A stretch of DNA of 64,000 bases from Anaerolineae bacterium (lineage in GTDB: Bacteria; Chloroflexota; Anaerolineae; Aggregatilineales; Phototrophicaceae), in contig JAJDWK010000096.1 in the NCBI GenBank assembly GCA_022825675.1, forward strand, positions 11,820-75,819, given 5' to 3'. The notes under the pieces are model-generated. The model was not told the origin of the DNA, made no database searches, and was given only the letters and a program-made list of their open reading frames with translations. Position numbers and translations under genes: made by a program. Positions 1 through 10,077 of this stretch are shown here, piece by piece; position 1 is the first letter of the stretch; every line of letters begins with the position of its first letter.

Positions 1-1080
1 TTGCCGCTTCTCGCTGATGGCGGGGCGGGCGCTGCCCGCTGGCTAATCGCCATTGGCGCGCTGACAGGGGCGGGCGGGCTGCATCAATTCTGCCTGCGGC
101 GCAGCGGGCGGCTGGGCGCGGTCATCGGTGGCGTGCTATATATCACGAGCCCGCTGCTGGCATTCAGCATGCAGCTGGCGCCGGCGGACAGCGGTCCGCT
201 GCTGGCGCTGGCATTGACGCCGCCGCTGCTCTGGCGCGTCGACCGGCTGCGTGACCGCCCCAGCGCCTCGAATTTTCTGCTTGCTCTGCCGCTGCAGATC
301 GCGCTGTTGAGCCTGACGGGCAGGCTCGGCATTAGTCTGACGCTTTTTGTCTTCAGCTGGGTCCTTGCCGAGACACTCATCCAGCGCTTCAACCGTGAAG
401 CCAGCCAAGTGGCGGCGGGACCATCGCTTCTGGCGCTGTTGGCGCTGCTTTTGGGCGCAATCGGCAGCGCGCCAATGTGGCTGCTGGCGCTCACATTGCC
501 GGCGGCTGAAAGCCTGTCAGTGGCGCTGGGCTGGGCGCAGGCGCTCGCCGCGCTGCTGGGCGCGGCGCTGGCAGCGCTGCTCTACATTCGCGGCTACCGC
601 AGCCGCCATCCACAGGCATTGCTGGGCACGGCAATTTTCAGTCTGATGGCGCTGGCGCTGCTTCTGAACCACCCGGCATCGCTGGAAACCCCGCTGGCGA
701 ACTTAGCGCCGCTTACACTCTGCATGGCGGCGGTTGGCAGCGCCAATGGCAGTTGGCTGGAACGGCTGCCGCGGCGCGCGAATGTGATTCTTGCCGCGCT
801 CTTTGTCAGCCTGCCGCTAGCCGCCGCCCAGTTCTTGCCGCCCGCCGTGATGCCGCCGGCGTCAGCGGCGCTCCCGCCGGCGCCAGCGGAACTGCCGCTG
901 TCCCTCGCCTGCGCCATTCTGGGCACGGGGTTCATCGCGCTGCGTTTGCGCGGCTTCCCGCTCACCGCGCGCCCCTATTGGCATAGCCCGCCGCTAGCCA
1001 GCAGCGCCGCTATCGGCATCGCCCTGGGAGGGCTGATCGCGCTGGCGCTCGGCATACTCGGGGCGGGCGGCTCGGGCTAG
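1..1080 (+). CDS. Polytopic integral membrane protein, 5'-truncated at window edge
   Basis: Frame open from nt 1 to TAG at 1078-1080. Ala/Leu/Gly-rich with many hydrophobic helices. No family motif recognised. Confidence 0.5.
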   Translation: MPLLADGGAGAARWLIAIGALTGAGGLHQFCLRRSGRLGAVIGGVLYITSPLLAFSMQLAPADSGPLLALALTPPLLWRVDRLRDRPSASNFLLALPLQIALLSLTGRLGISLTLFVFSWVLAETLIQRFNREASQVAAGPSLLALLALLLGAIGSAPMWLLALTLPAAESLSVALGWAQALAALLGAALAALLYIRGYRSRHPQALLGTAIFSLMALALLLNHPASLETPLANLAPLTLCMAAVGSANGSWLERLPRRANVILAALFVSLPLAAAQFLPPAVMPPASAALPPAPAELPLSLACAILGTGFIALRLRGFPLTARPYWHSPPLASSAAIGIALGGLIALALGILGAGGSG

Positions 1081-1094
1081 CCGCCGCCAGCGCC

Positions 1095-1418
1095 TCAGTC
1101 CATGTGGAAGACTTCGTCGATAGTATGCCACCATTCGCCCTCGGCGCGGTCATTGACTGGCTTTTGCATCGGCATGCAGAGCTCCCACCATTTCTGGGTG
1201 GTTTCATCCGCCGCCATCTTCGCCATATCGGCGTCAAAATCATCGCCGTGATATTCCATATAGGCAAAGAGCAAATCGCCGTAACGGTAGATGGAATAAT
1301 TGCGGATGTTGCAGTCCGCGATCTTCTGCAGGACGCCTTGCCATACATCCGCGTGCAGGCGGATGTATTCGGCGGCGTCTTCGGGGCGTAAGCCGATGAC
1401 TTGTCCGAACCGTTGCAT
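1095..1418 (-). CDS. rhaM: L-rhamnose mutarotase family protein
   Basis: MQRFGQVIGLRPEDAAEYIRLHADVWQGVLQKIADCNIRNYSIY...FAYMEYHGDDFDADMAKMA is typical RhaM (about 105 aa). Start moved to the internal ATG (M26 of the track ORF). Confidence 0.8.
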   Translation of the reverse strand: MQRFGQVIGLRPEDAAEYIRLHADVWQGVLQKIADCNIRNYSIYRYGDLLFAYMEYHGDDFDADMAKMAADETTQKWWELCMPMQKPVNDRAEGEWWHTIDEVFHMD

Positions 1419-1435
1419 AATCTGTCTCCTATCCG

Positions 1436-1942
1436 TCAGTCCCGCGCGAAATTTTCGGGATGCCGATACTTCACCGTCTGCAAATGCTCGCAATAAAGCG
1501 CCAGCACGCCTTCGTTCTTGTAGACTTCGTAACTCACTTTGACCAAACCCATCTCGGCATATTTTGGCTCTTTGCTGAGGTGGGTGCGCACGGTGTAGAT
1601 GGTATCGCCGATGAATACTGGCTTGATGAAGCGCAGCCGGTCGTAGCCATAGCTGAAAGTATGCACATTGTTGTGCGCCATCAAACCCAAGCCGATGCTG
1701 AAGACCATCGAGCCCGCCACCAGGCGCTTGTCGAAGATGCCTTCCTCGCGGGCAAAAATCTCATCGGCGACATAGGGGTGCATATCCAGCACGATGGCGT
1801 TGAATATCATGCACTCGCCCTCGGACAGCGTGCGGCGGATTGATTTGATCTTCGCGCCGAGTTCAAAATCCTCGTACATCCAGGTTTCGGTATTAAACAG
1901 CGGCAGGTCTTTGTGCATTTCGACAGGGGTATTTTCAGGCAT
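1436..1942 (-). CDS. MaoC-like (R)-hydratase/dehydratase, hotdog fold
   Basis: 168 aa with single hotdog-domain features (...[32 protein letters not shown]...). Paralogue of 6673..7131. Confidence 0.75.
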   Translation of the reverse strand: MPENTPVEMHKDLPLFNTETWMYEDFELGAKIKSIRRTLSEGECMIFNAIVLDMHPYVADEIFAREEGIFDKRLVAGSMVFSIGLGLMAHNNVHTFSYGYDRLRFIKPVFIGDTIYTVRTHLSKEPKYAEMGLVKVSYEVYKNEGVLALYCEHLQTVKYRHPENFARD

Positions 1943-1950
1943 GATTTTCC

Positions 1951-3159
1951 TCAGTCAGGTATCGCAAATTCGGACAGGATGCGCGTGGTATCTTCGCCGA
2001 TGCGGGGCGCGCCCTTGCGGCTCTTCAAAATTTCGCCATCAATGCGGATGGGGCAGCGCGTGGTATCCAGCTTGACATGTTCATCACGCGCCACTTCCTG
2101 CACCATGTCGATGACCTTGAAGCCCTCGTGCTGCAGCAGGCGGTCCCAGGTCAATACATCGGCGCACCAAATATCCTGCGGCTCCAGGATGCCCAGCCAA
2201 TGCGCCGTGCTGCCCGTCTTGAGATGCTCGACGAGTAGCGCCTTGATGGCATCGCGCTCGCTGAACCAGCTGGCGGTATCGGTATAGTCGAGCAGCGGCG
2301 GGCAGCCCAGCAGCTCGCCAAGAACGGGAATCGAGCCCATCGCCAGCGCCAGATAGCCGTCAGCGGTTTCATAGATGCCGTAGGGCGCGGCGAGGTAGGC
2401 GTGGGCGTTGTTGATGGCGCTGCGGCGCGGCAACTTCCCGCCATCGTTGAGGTGCGTCGTCAGCACCTCAAACTGAAAATCGAGTATCGATTCCAGCAGG
2501 CTCACCTGCACCAGCCCGCCCTCCCCAGTGATGCCGCGGCGGACGAGGCAAGCGAGGATGCCCTGCACCAGGTGCGCGCCCGTGAAGAGATCCACAACTG
2601 CCAAGCCGAAGGGGGTCGGCGGGCGGTCAGCATCGCCATTGAGCCAGACCAGGCCGGAGATGGATTGCAGCAGCAAATCTTGCCCCGGCTTGTAGACCCA
2701 CGGACCTTCGTTGCCATAGCCGGTGATTTCGCCATAGACGATGCCCGGGTTGAGGGCGCGCACCGTCTCGTAATCCAAGCCCAGGCGCGTCATGACGCCG
2801 GGGCGGAAGTTCTGCACCAGCACATCCGCCGAGCGGATTAACGCGGCGACGCGCTCGCGGTCAGCCGTGTCTTTTAAGTTGGCGGCGAAGCTCTCTTTGT
2901 TGCGGTTGATGGAGTGAAAGAGTGTGCTTTCACCGTCCAGCTCCAACTCCGAAATATACAGCTGGCGGCAGAGGTCGCCGCCATCAGGGCGCTCAACCTT
3001 GATGACGCGCGCCCCCAAATCCGCCAGGCGAAGCGCCGCCGACGGTCCCGAAAGAAATATGCTGAAATCCAGTACCAGTAAGCCTTCCAGTGGTCTCATC
3101 GTTTGCCATTTCTCCGCCAGCGGCTGGGGCACCAGCGAGATTCTATTCGGACTTGCCAC
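1951..3159 (-). CDS. Family III (CaiB/BaiF) CoA-transferase
   Basis: N-terminal [35 protein letters not shown] signature. Start uncertain: GTG at 3159 or ATG at 3099. Confidence 0.85.
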   Translation of the reverse strand: MASPNRISLVPQPLAEKWQTMRPLEGLLVLDFSIFLSGPSAALRLADLGARVIKVERPDGGDLCRQLYISELELDGESTLFHSINRNKESFAANLKDTADRERVAALIRSADVLVQNFRPGVMTRLGLDYETVRALNPGIVYGEITGYGNEGPWVYKPGQDLLLQSISGLVWLNGDADRPPTPFGLAVVDLFTGAHLVQGILACLVRRGITGEGGLVQVSLLESILDFQFEVLTTHLNDGGKLPRRSAINNAHAYLAAPYGIYETADGYLALAMGSIPVLGELLGCPPLLDYTDTASWFSERDAIKALLVEHLKTGSTAHWLGILEPQDIWCADVLTWDRLLQHEGFKVIDMVQEVARDEHVKLDTTRCPIRIDGEILKSRKGAPRIGEDTTRILSEFAIPD

Positions 3160-3190
3160 GCTGCTGCCGCATCATTCGCGCGCAGAACTA

Positions 3191-3226
3191 TTTTGCTTGC
3201 AAAAACATATTTTATCCGTAAAATAT
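3191..3226. promoter_or_regulatory. Candidate operator: palindrome TTTTGCTTGCAAAA (3191-3204), then ATATTTTA-N4-TAAAATAT (3207-3226)
   Basis: Lies in the divergent promoter region between the CoA-transferase operon and the amidohydrolase gene. The same 14-bp palindrome (reverse complement) recurs at 7201-7214 upstream of the MaoC-IclR operon. Confidence 0.4.
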
Positions 3227-3363
3227 AGTCATCAAATCGCAATCTGTCAAATTGCGGGAGAGTGACAATGTATTGTCAGCTGAGGCTCTTTCCCGAATGT
3301 ATGCGGGGCTGGCAGCGCCGAACACTTGAATTGTTGTAAGACGGTTGCTTACGGGAGGTTTTC

Positions 3364-4209
3364 ATGCTTACGGTCGATACCCATCAGCATTTTTGGAACT
3401 TGAGCGAAGTCGCCTATTCATGGCTGGTGCCGGAATATGGTCCGATATACCGCACCTTCACGCCATCGGAGCTGGCGCCGCAGTTGGCAGCCGCTGGCGT
3501 CGACAAAACCGTCATCGTGCAATCCGCCAATTCTTATGCGGATACCGATTCCATGCTGGCAATCGCCGAAGCCCATGACTGGGTCGCCGCTGTGGTCGGC
3601 TGGGTGCCGATTCACGACCCGGCAGAAGCCGCCCGCAAGCTGGAAGACTATGCCGCCAACCCCTATTTTGTGGGCATCCGCCATTTGATTCATGACGAGC
3701 CCAACCCCGATTGGGTGCTGCAGAAACAAGTCATCGAAGGGCTGCAGCTGCTGGCGGAGCGCGACCTGGCTTTTGATGTGGTGGCGGTTTTCCCCAACCA
3801 TCTCAAGCATGTGCCCACCCTGGCGGAGAAGGTGCCCGCGCTCAAAATGGTGATTGACCACTTGGCGAAGCCGCCGCTGGGCGAGCAGGACCGCGCCACC
3901 TGGCGCGAGCAGCTTGCCGCTGCCGCCGAAAGCCCCAATGTCTATGCCAAAGTCTCGGGCTTAAACACGGTGACTCCCGACTTCGAGAATTGGACCGCCG
4001 ACGACATCAAACCGCTGATTGACTTCGCGCTGGAAACTTTCGGCGCCGACCGGCTGATGTTCGGCAGTGACTGGCCCGTTGCCGTGCTGGCGGGGGATTA
4101 CGCCAAAGTCTGGGCGGAAACGAACAAGTGCCTGGCGCAGCTGTCCGCCGAAGAACGGGCTGCCATCCTGGGCGGCACGGCGAATGCCTTTTATCAGTTG
4201 GGCTTGTAG
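3364..4209 (+). CDS. Amidohydrolase-2 family protein (sugar-lactonase-like, e.g. L-fucono/L-rhamnono-lactonase type)
   Basis: MLTVDTHQHFW... metal-binding HxH start; C-terminal ...RLMFGSDWPV motif typical of amidohydrolase_2. Confidence 0.75.
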   Translation: MLTVDTHQHFWNLSEVAYSWLVPEYGPIYRTFTPSELAPQLAAAGVDKTVIVQSANSYADTDSMLAIAEAHDWVAAVVGWVPIHDPAEAARKLEDYAANPYFVGIRHLIHDEPNPDWVLQKQVIEGLQLLAERDLAFDVVAVFPNHLKHVPTLAEKVPALKMVIDHLAKPPLGEQDRATWREQLAAAAESPNVYAKVSGLNTVTPDFENWTADDIKPLIDFALETFGADRLMFGSDWPVAVLAGDYAKVWAETNKCLAQLSAEERAAILGGTANAFYQLGL

Positions 4210-4216
4210 CGGCGCG

Positions 4217-4462
4217 TCATCTTTGGCTTTCAAGCCTTGCAACACGCTTTTCGACACAGTCGAGTTCTCGGCGGCGCTCGCTTAATTTGTATCGCAGCTC
4301 CCGATTTTCGGCACGCAGCGCGGACAGTTCTTCTCGCTGCTCTAAACGGTGTTCCCGCAGAGCTTGGCGTATCTTGTCTTCTACATGCCATGCTGCAAAG
4401 ATGACAAACATGACGAATAGTATGAACACAGATGTAAGTGCAAGTAAATAATGAGAATCCAC
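4217..4462 (-). CDS. Hypothetical small protein, N-terminal TM helix plus coiled coil
   Basis: ORF only. GTG start without a Shine-Dalgarno, lower GC, adjacent to repeat copy R1. Confidence 0.25.
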   Translation of the reverse strand: MDSHYLLALTSVFILFVMFVIFAAWHVEDKIRQALREHRLEQREELSALRAENRELRYKLSERRRELDCVEKRVARLESQR

Positions 4463-4471
4463 ACCGGCAAA

Positions 4472-4587
4472 AATTCAACAGGGATTTTTACCACCGAGGA
4501 CACCGAGGTACACCGAGAAAAGCATGAGAAATCTCTTTAAATCTTTACTCGGCGTGCTCAATTTTCCTCTGTGTTCTCGGTGGTAAG
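4472..4587 (+). repeat. CACCGAG-type palindromic intergenic repeat, copy R1
   Basis: AACAGGGATTTTTACCACCGAGGACACCGAGGTACACCGAGAAAAGCATGAGAAATCTC ... CCTCTGTGTTCTCGGTGGTAA. The two arms are imperfect inverted repeats. Similar to copies at 11751, 57986 and 63151. Confidence 0.8.
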
Positions 4588-4728
4588 GGCTATGTATAGA
4601 CTGCTCAGTAAGCACTAGATTGTCGCATTACTTACTTTCATTTACTGAGGTCCACGATGCGGTAATGTCCATAATGTTTCCTCACTTTCGTCGTAGAACC
4701 GCACAATCATTCCTGGCACAGCACATTT

Positions 4729-5832
4729 CTACACCGCTGGCAGCGGCGTCCCGCCGTGAGCGCTGGAAGCATAGGCGGCTTCCACCGTCGCCATCGTTTG
4801 GATGGCGTCTTCCACCGCGGTTGGCAGCGCTGCCGCCTCGCCATTGACATAACGCATCAGGCTCGCCATCGTGCCGATGAAAGCCTCGGGGAACCAGGAG
4901 CCTTCAATGTCCAGCGTCTGCCAGCTTGGCGCTGCTTGCCCCTCCAGCAGGACATATTCAAAGCGGTCGGGCAAGCCTGTGGGATAATTCATATTCAGCC
5001 CGGCGCGGATTTGGATCGCGCCTTTTTCGCCCTCAAATTTGACATAGGACTGCTGCTTTTCCGCCCCATAAGCGTGGTTGTGGTTGGTCATCACATTGAC
5101 GCGGGGATTGTCGCCATAGTCCATGATAATCATTGAGCGGGTGCCGCCGCGCAGCTCGGGCGCTGTCGGGTGGCTGAGGGTTTTAGCATAGACGCTTTCT
5201 GGCGTACCGCAGAAGGAGCGAATCAAATCCACATAATGAATGCTGTGATACAGGATTTCTACCCGTGGCAGCGGGAAAAGGAAAGACCACAAATGCCAGG
5301 GGGTGTTGACCTGTACGCGGAATTCGATATCGGTGAGCGCGCCCAGCAGCCCGCGCTCGATGATATCGCGGGCGGCGATGATAAAGGGGGCGAAACGCAG
5401 CTGGAAGTTGATGGCTGCTGTCAGCTCGCGCTCGTGGCAGATTTTGAGGATATTTTGCGCCTGCGCCAAATCATCGCCCATCGGCTTTTGTATCAGCGCG
5501 GCGGTGCCCCGCGGCAGCTCACGCAGGATGCCGGCGATGGCGACGCCAGGCACAGCGATATCAAAGACGGCATTTGCGGGCGCTTCGGCGATGGCATGCT
5601 CCAGCGAAGTGTAGAGGGCGGGCAGGGCAAATTTCTCTTGCATCATCTTGGCGCGCTCGGCATCAATATCAAAGCCGCCGATGACATCAAAGCCGGCAAT
5701 GGCATACGCGGGATAATGCGCGTCATGCACGATGCCGCCCAAGCCGATGCTGACGACAGGCAGCGGATTCTGCGGCAGTTGCGCGCTTTGCTGGTAGGGG
5801 AAGGGGGACATATTTCTATCCCTTTCTATCAC
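4729..5832 (-). CDS. Gfo/Idh/MocA family NAD(P)-dependent oxidoreductase
   Basis: N-terminal Rossmann segment VVSIGLGGIVHDAHYPAY...; length 367 aa; 1 nt after the IclR stop, consistent with an operon. Confidence 0.8.
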   Translation of the reverse strand: MIERDRNMSPFPYQQSAQLPQNPLPVVSIGLGGIVHDAHYPAYAIAGFDVIGGFDIDAERAKMMQEKFALPALYTSLEHAIAEAPANAVFDIAVPGVAIAGILRELPRGTAALIQKPMGDDLAQAQNILKICHERELTAAINFQLRFAPFIIAARDIIERGLLGALTDIEFRVQVNTPWHLWSFLFPLPRVEILYHSIHYVDLIRSFCGTPESVYAKTLSHPTAPELRGGTRSMIIMDYGDNPRVNVMTNHNHAYGAEKQQSYVKFEGEKGAIQIRAGLNMNYPTGLPDRFEYVLLEGQAAPSWQTLDIEGSWFPEAFIGTMASLMRYVNGEAAALPTAVEDAIQTMATVEAAYASSAHGGTPLPAV

Positions 5833-5833
5833 T

Positions 5834-6724
5834 TCAATCGTAATGCAAAGACTGTTCGTGGATGCGGGCTGGCAGGCTTAAGCCGGCGCGCTGGTGTATC
5901 TGCTCGGCGCAGCGGCGCAGCGCCGCCCGCACTTTCGCCGGCTCGCTGATGGCGCGTGAGGCCGTCAACTGGGTTACCGCCACCGCCGCCATGACATCCG
6001 CCGCCGGGTCGCCCACCAGCACCGCTGTATCTTGCAAGCCGATGAAAGATTCATCAGCGGCGACAGAAAAGCCATCGCGGCGGATGGCGGCGATGCGCTG
6101 CCAGAAGCGCGCCCGCTCGCCCTCGGGCATAGTTTGATACTCGCCATCTTCGTCCAGGATGGCGCGCAGGCGGCTTGGCTCCAGCGCCGCCAGCAGCAAA
6201 CGCCCCGAAACGGTGGCGACCAGGGGGAAGGACGCGCCGACCGAAACGGTAATCTGCACCGCTTCCGGGCTTTCCACCTGCCCCACTACCAGCAGCTGCC
6301 GATGCTGCATGATGCTGATATGGCAGGACTCGCGGATGGACCATGCCAGCTCCTGCATCGGCGGCTTGGCGGCTTGCAGCAAGTGCTTCAGCGGCGAATG
6401 GCGGTTCGCCAATTCAAAGAGTTTGAGCGTCAGCACATATTTGCCCGAGATTTCGTCTTTTATGACATAGCCGCTTTGCGCCAGGCAGTTCAAAGTGCGG
6501 AAGAGCTGGCTGGCGCTGTTGGCGGTGCTTTCCGCGATTTGGGAAAGCGAAAGCGGCTCGGACGCCTGCGCCAGCAATTCCAGGACCGACAGCCCTTTTT
6601 CCAAAGCCGGTACTGTATAGTTGGGCTCGGCTCTTAAATCGTTCACAAGCGCCTCGTCAAGTGTGGCAGGCGCTATGCCTCGGTGGCAGCGGCTTTGCGC
6701 TGCACCAGATACAAATGCTGGCAA
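5834..6724 (-). CDS. IclR family transcriptional regulator
   Basis: w[53 protein letters not shown] plus a C-terminal effector domain. The true start is probably GTG at 6646, which avoids overlap with the upstream MaoC gene. Confidence 0.85.
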   Translation of the reverse strand: MPAFVSGAAQSRCHRGIAPATLDEALVNDLRAEPNYTVPALEKGLSVLELLAQASEPLSLSQIAESTANSASQLFRTLNCLAQSGYVIKDEISGKYVLTLKLFELANRHSPLKHLLQAAKPPMQELAWSIRESCHISIMQHRQLLVVGQVESPEAVQITVSVGASFPLVATVSGRLLLAALEPSRLRAILDEDGEYQTMPEGERARFWQRIAAIRRDGFSVAADESFIGLQDTAVLVGDPAADVMAAVAVTQLTASRAISEPAKVRAALRRCAEQIHQRAGLSLPARIHEQSLHYD

Positions 6725-7131
6725 GCAAGCACAATCTGCCCGCGCTGGTTGAAGATTTCCACTTTTTCCACCAGGTAGCCCAACTCCGGGCGCTTGGCAT
6801 ATTCACGCTTTTCGGCGATGGTGGCTTTGATGGTGATGGTATCGCCGATGAAAACCGGGCGGATGAAGCGTACGCGGTCGTAGCCATAAGAGAAGGCGAC
6901 CGGGTTAATTTCATTGGCGGTCATGCCGATGCCGATGCTGAGTATCAAAGTGCCATGGGCGATGCGCTCTTTGAACTCCTGGGTTTTGACCCATTCCGCG
7001 TCCATGTGATGGGGGAAGAAATCGCCAGTCTGCCCGGCGTGCAGCACGATATCCGCTTCGGTGATGGTGCGTCCCGTCGTCTCGCGGCTGGCACCGATTG
7101 TGTACTCTTCAAAATAGGTAGTATTGATCAT
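6673..7131 (-). CDS. MaoC-like dehydratase, hotdog fold
   Basis: [44 protein letters not shown]...[12 protein letters not shown], 152 aa. Confidence 0.8.
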   Translation of the reverse strand: MINTTYFEEYTIGASRETTGRTITEADIVLHAGQTGDFFPHHMDAEWVKTQEFKERIAHGTLILSIGIGMTANEINPVAFSYGYDRVRFIRPVFIGDTITIKATIAEKREYAKRPELGYLVEKVEIFNQRGQIVLACQHLYLVQRKAAATEA

Positions 7132-7181
7132 GGCAGCATTCCCGGCGCATTCAATTCACAGGCGGCAAATCACTCTCTATA

Positions 7182-7214
7182 TTTTGCATACAAAATCAAG
7201 TTTTGCAAGCAAAA
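7182..7214. promoter_or_regulatory. Candidate IclR operators: TTTTGCATACAAAA (7182-7195) and TTTTGCAAGCAAAA (7201-7214)
   Basis: Two 14-bp palindromes 51-83 nt upstream of the MaoC-IclR-oxidoreductase operon. The second is the exact reverse complement of the site at 3191-3204. Confidence 0.4.
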
Positions 7215-7265
7215 CGGTGGCGGCGCGGAAGTGATTGCTTTGCCAACAGCGCCGGCTCGCCCCCG

Positions 7266-8516
7266 TTACCAGCCGATGCCGGCGGTGGATGAGGGATTTT
7301 GCGGCTCGTTGCGATACCGGATCTCGAAGTGAAGGTGCGGTCCCGAAGAATTGCCGGTGCTGCCGACATAGCCGATGACCTGCCCCGCATAGACCGACTG
7401 CCCGCAGCGGACGGCGATGCTGCTCATGTGCCCGTACAGCGTCGACCAGGGACCATGCCCGATGACCACTGTGCGGCCATAGCCCCAGTTGTTCCAGCCC
7501 GAATAAAGGATGGGACCGCCATTGGCGGCGTAGATTGGCGTACCCGTGGCGGCGGCGATGTCGATGCCGCTGTGCCCGGCATAATAGCCGCGCACAAAAG
7601 TGCCATTCGGCAAGGGATTCACCCAGGCGGTGCCGCCGCCGCTGCGCGCGCCGCAGCTGTAGGGGCTGCCGGGGTCAAATGCAACCACATTGCCAGCGCC
7701 ATCCTGCTGCACCGGCGCGTTCCAAGTGATGACCTTGCCCTCGCCCCCGGGGATGAAAAGCTGATAATTGCTGGGCAGCAAGGTCTCTGGCGAAACATCG
7801 GTCAAGCCATTGGCAGGCGCGTCGATGATGGCGAAGGGGTCGTCCACGCCGTATTCTTCGGCGATATCGCGGATAGTTTTGCCCTGCGTGCGCAGCACTT
7901 GGTGGCAAGCGCCATCCGCCGGCGGGATCGTAACTTCATCGCCCGGGCGCAAAATCTGCGCGATGATGGGCGGGTTGCACCAGGCGATGGACTCCCGCTT
8001 AAGCCCATAGCGGTAGGCGATGCCATCAATGGTATCGCCGCGCTGCGCCGTATAGCTCGTCATTTGCATGCGCGCGCGGTCGGGAATGATGGTGAAGGGG
8101 TCGATGCGCCAGCCCGCATCGGCGTTATCGGCAGGTGTCGGCAGCGGCGGCGTCAAGAGCAGCGCTGACAACTGCGCCGCGCTGACCGTTGGCAGCGGCA
8201 TGCCGCCGCTGGCGGCAGCCGCCACTTCCTCGGCGGCATCGCTGGCTGGCGGCAAGCTGACAGTGGGCGCGCTGCCAGCGGCATCAGGAACGGCAGCGCT
8301 TTGCGCCGGGGGCGGCGCGGTGAGTACCAATCCCAGCGCCAGCAGCAAGAGGCTGAGCGCCGCCAGCAGCATCAGCCAGCCCAAGCCGCGCCGCCAGCGC
8401 GGGACGCTCTCGACGACTGGATAGGGCGAAACCCGTATCGCTTCGCTGCGTTTCTGCGCTGGCTGCTGGCTCATCTTTCGCTCGCGGGGTGGCTGGGGCG
8501 GGGCTGCTTCCTTCAA
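7266..8516 (-). CDS. LysM domain-containing M23 family metallopeptidase
   Basis: TM anchor; LysM (YTAQRGDTIDGIAYRYGL...); M23 motifs HSGIDIAA...YGHMSS...GSTGNSSGPHLHFEIR. Confidence 0.85.
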   Translation of the reverse strand: MKEAAPPQPPRERKMSQQPAQKRSEAIRVSPYPVVESVPRWRRGLGWLMLLAALSLLLLALGLVLTAPPPAQSAAVPDAAGSAPTVSLPPASDAAEEVAAAASGGMPLPTVSAAQLSALLLTPPLPTPADNADAGWRIDPFTIIPDRARMQMTSYTAQRGDTIDGIAYRYGLKRESIAWCNPPIIAQILRPGDEVTIPPADGACHQVLRTQGKTIRDIAEEYGVDDPFAIIDAPANGLTDVSPETLLPSNYQLFIPGGEGKVITWNAPVQQDGAGNVVAFDPGSPYSCGARSGGGTAWVNPLPNGTFVRGYYAGHSGIDIAAATGTPIYAANGGPILYSGWNNWGYGRTVVIGHGPWSTLYGHMSSIAVRCGQSVYAGQVIGYVGSTGNSSGPHLHFEIRYRNEPQNPSSTAGIGW

Positions 8517-8556
8517 GCTTAGCCGAGGCGCTTATCGCGGTCAAGCGGGTGCCGGC

Positions 8557-9576
8557 TCATGCGCCTGCTGCCGGCGGCAGCGCCAGTACATCAATGGCGA
8601 AGGGCAGCTGCGGGCGCGTACCAAAACCGAGGCTGAACTGATTCCAATTGCTGACATAGAGCCGCTCCCGCGCGGGGTCCAATGCCACATCGCTGGCGCC
8701 GCGGAAATCACGCGCCAGCAAGGTCAGCGCGTCGCCATCCAGCCGCGCCGCGCGGTTCCAGTTGAGCAGCGCCAGGTAGATTTCGCCCGCAGGGCTCACT
8801 GTGATGCCATCCAAGCCGTAGTCCTGGCGGGCGGCATCGTCGAAGAGCAGCTCGCTTTCGCCGCTGCCGATGTCAATGCGATATACCGCATCCCGCTCGC
8901 TGTCGGTGAGCAGCAGAGCATCGCGCGCGGCATCATAAGCCAGCCCGGTCGGCGCGGTCTTGACGCCGGGCGCTGCCTGCCAAAATATGCCGAGATTGAC
9001 GCCCTCATGGCTGTAGCGCCAGATGCGGGCGGGCGCGCGATCGCTGATGTAGATGCGGCGCTCGCTGTCGATGGCGATGTCATCCGGCAGCATGACGCCC
9101 ACAGTCGCATCGGCGGGTATCTCAACCAGCGTGGTGAGCGCGCCCGCAGCATAGCGCCAGAGGACCGCCCCTTGCGCCTCCAGCGGCGTCACGCGGTCCA
9201 AGATGTAGAGCGCGCCGTCAAGTCCCGCGTCCAAGCCTGTAACCGCGCCGATGACATCACGCGCGCCGGGGATTTCCCGCACCGCGCCCTCGGGGCTGAT
9301 AGCCCATAACGCGCCGCTTTGATAGCTGCCAGTATACAGTGTGCCCTCGGCATCCAGCGCCAGCGCCGCCGGGTAGGCATCATCATCCGGCAGGACGGCA
9401 AATTCCGTGACGGTGACGCCCTCAGACTCGGCGATAGCGCGGCTGCGCCCCGGCGAGCCGATGACAAACCATGTCAAGCCTACCATGAGCGCCGCGCCTA
9501 CCAGCAAAGTCACAACAAGAACGAGCAAGGCGCGCAGGCGGGTGAAAGGGGCGGGTTGCGCTTCGGCTTCAGTCAT
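8557..9576 (-). CDS. Membrane-anchored beta-propeller protein (SMP-30/gluconolactonase/LRE or NHL-like)
   Basis: N-terminal TM, then repeated ...LYISD/LLLTD/LYVSN blade-like motifs. Confidence 0.65.
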   Translation of the reverse strand: MTEAEAQPAPFTRLRALLVLVVTLLVGAALMVGLTWFVIGSPGRSRAIAESEGVTVTEFAVLPDDDAYPAALALDAEGTLYTGSYQSGALWAISPEGAVREIPGARDVIGAVTGLDAGLDGALYILDRVTPLEAQGAVLWRYAAGALTTLVEIPADATVGVMLPDDIAIDSERRIYISDRAPARIWRYSHEGVNLGIFWQAAPGVKTAPTGLAYDAARDALLLTDSERDAVYRIDIGSGESELLFDDAARQDYGLDGITVSPAGEIYLALLNWNRAARLDGDALTLLARDFRGASDVALDPARERLYVSNWNQFSLGFGTRPQLPFAIDVLALPPAAGA

Positions 9577-9720
9577 GGCGCGAGTGTAGCATGGGAATGC
9601 GCAGCGCTATAGACACTATTTTGCCGGCGCGTACAATGCATCCGGCTGATGTGAGTTCATAATGTCACCACAGAGAAACCGAGGATTCCGCTGCTGAGTC
9701 AAATGTGAAGAAACCGTAAT

Positions 9721-9748
9721 TTGACGATTTCCATATCTTTGATACAAT
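9721..9748 (+). promoter_or_regulatory. Sigma70-like promoter (TTGACG - 16 nt - TACAAT)
   Basis: Near-consensus hexamers about 36 nt upstream of ORF 9784. Confidence 0.35.
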
Positions 9749-9783
9749 AGCTGTGCAGCCGGCTATAGAACACGGATCATCTC

Positions 9784-10050
9784 ATGACAGACTCTGAACA
9801 GATTACACGGCACGAACGCGAAATTGGCGAGTTGCGCGGCAAACTTGACGCATTGGCGACAAAAGAATTTGTTCGCATTGTGGTGCAAGAGCAGACACAG
9901 GAATTAGGCACGAAATTTGACGCGATCAACAGCAGTCTAAAAGAAATTAGCGATCGCCAGCAAAGGTACAAAGGCATCGGGCAAGCGATTTCATTCGGGT
10001 TGCCATTCCTGGTTAGCGCGCTGGCGCTTGTAGCCGTGCTCTTGAAATAG
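9784..10050 (+). CDS. Hypothetical small coiled-coil protein with C-terminal TM anchor
   Basis: ATG ORF, lower-GC segment, promoter-like hexamers upstream; tail anchor GLPFLVSALALVAVLL. No SD. Confidence 0.4.
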   Translation: MTDSEQITRHEREIGELRGKLDALATKEFVRIVVQEQTQELGTKFDAINSSLKEISDRQQRYKGIGQAISFGLPFLVSALALVAVLLK

Positions 10051-10077
10051 CCCCTCGTGGCGTAGCGAGATTAGCTT

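Noticed and set aside
4472-4587. Possible CRISPR array, considered because of the tandem CACCGAG units
   Set aside because: The units are only 8 nt, directly abutting without spacers, and are embedded in a larger inverted-repeat element. No cas genes are in the window. This is a REP/MITE-like repeat, not CRISPR.
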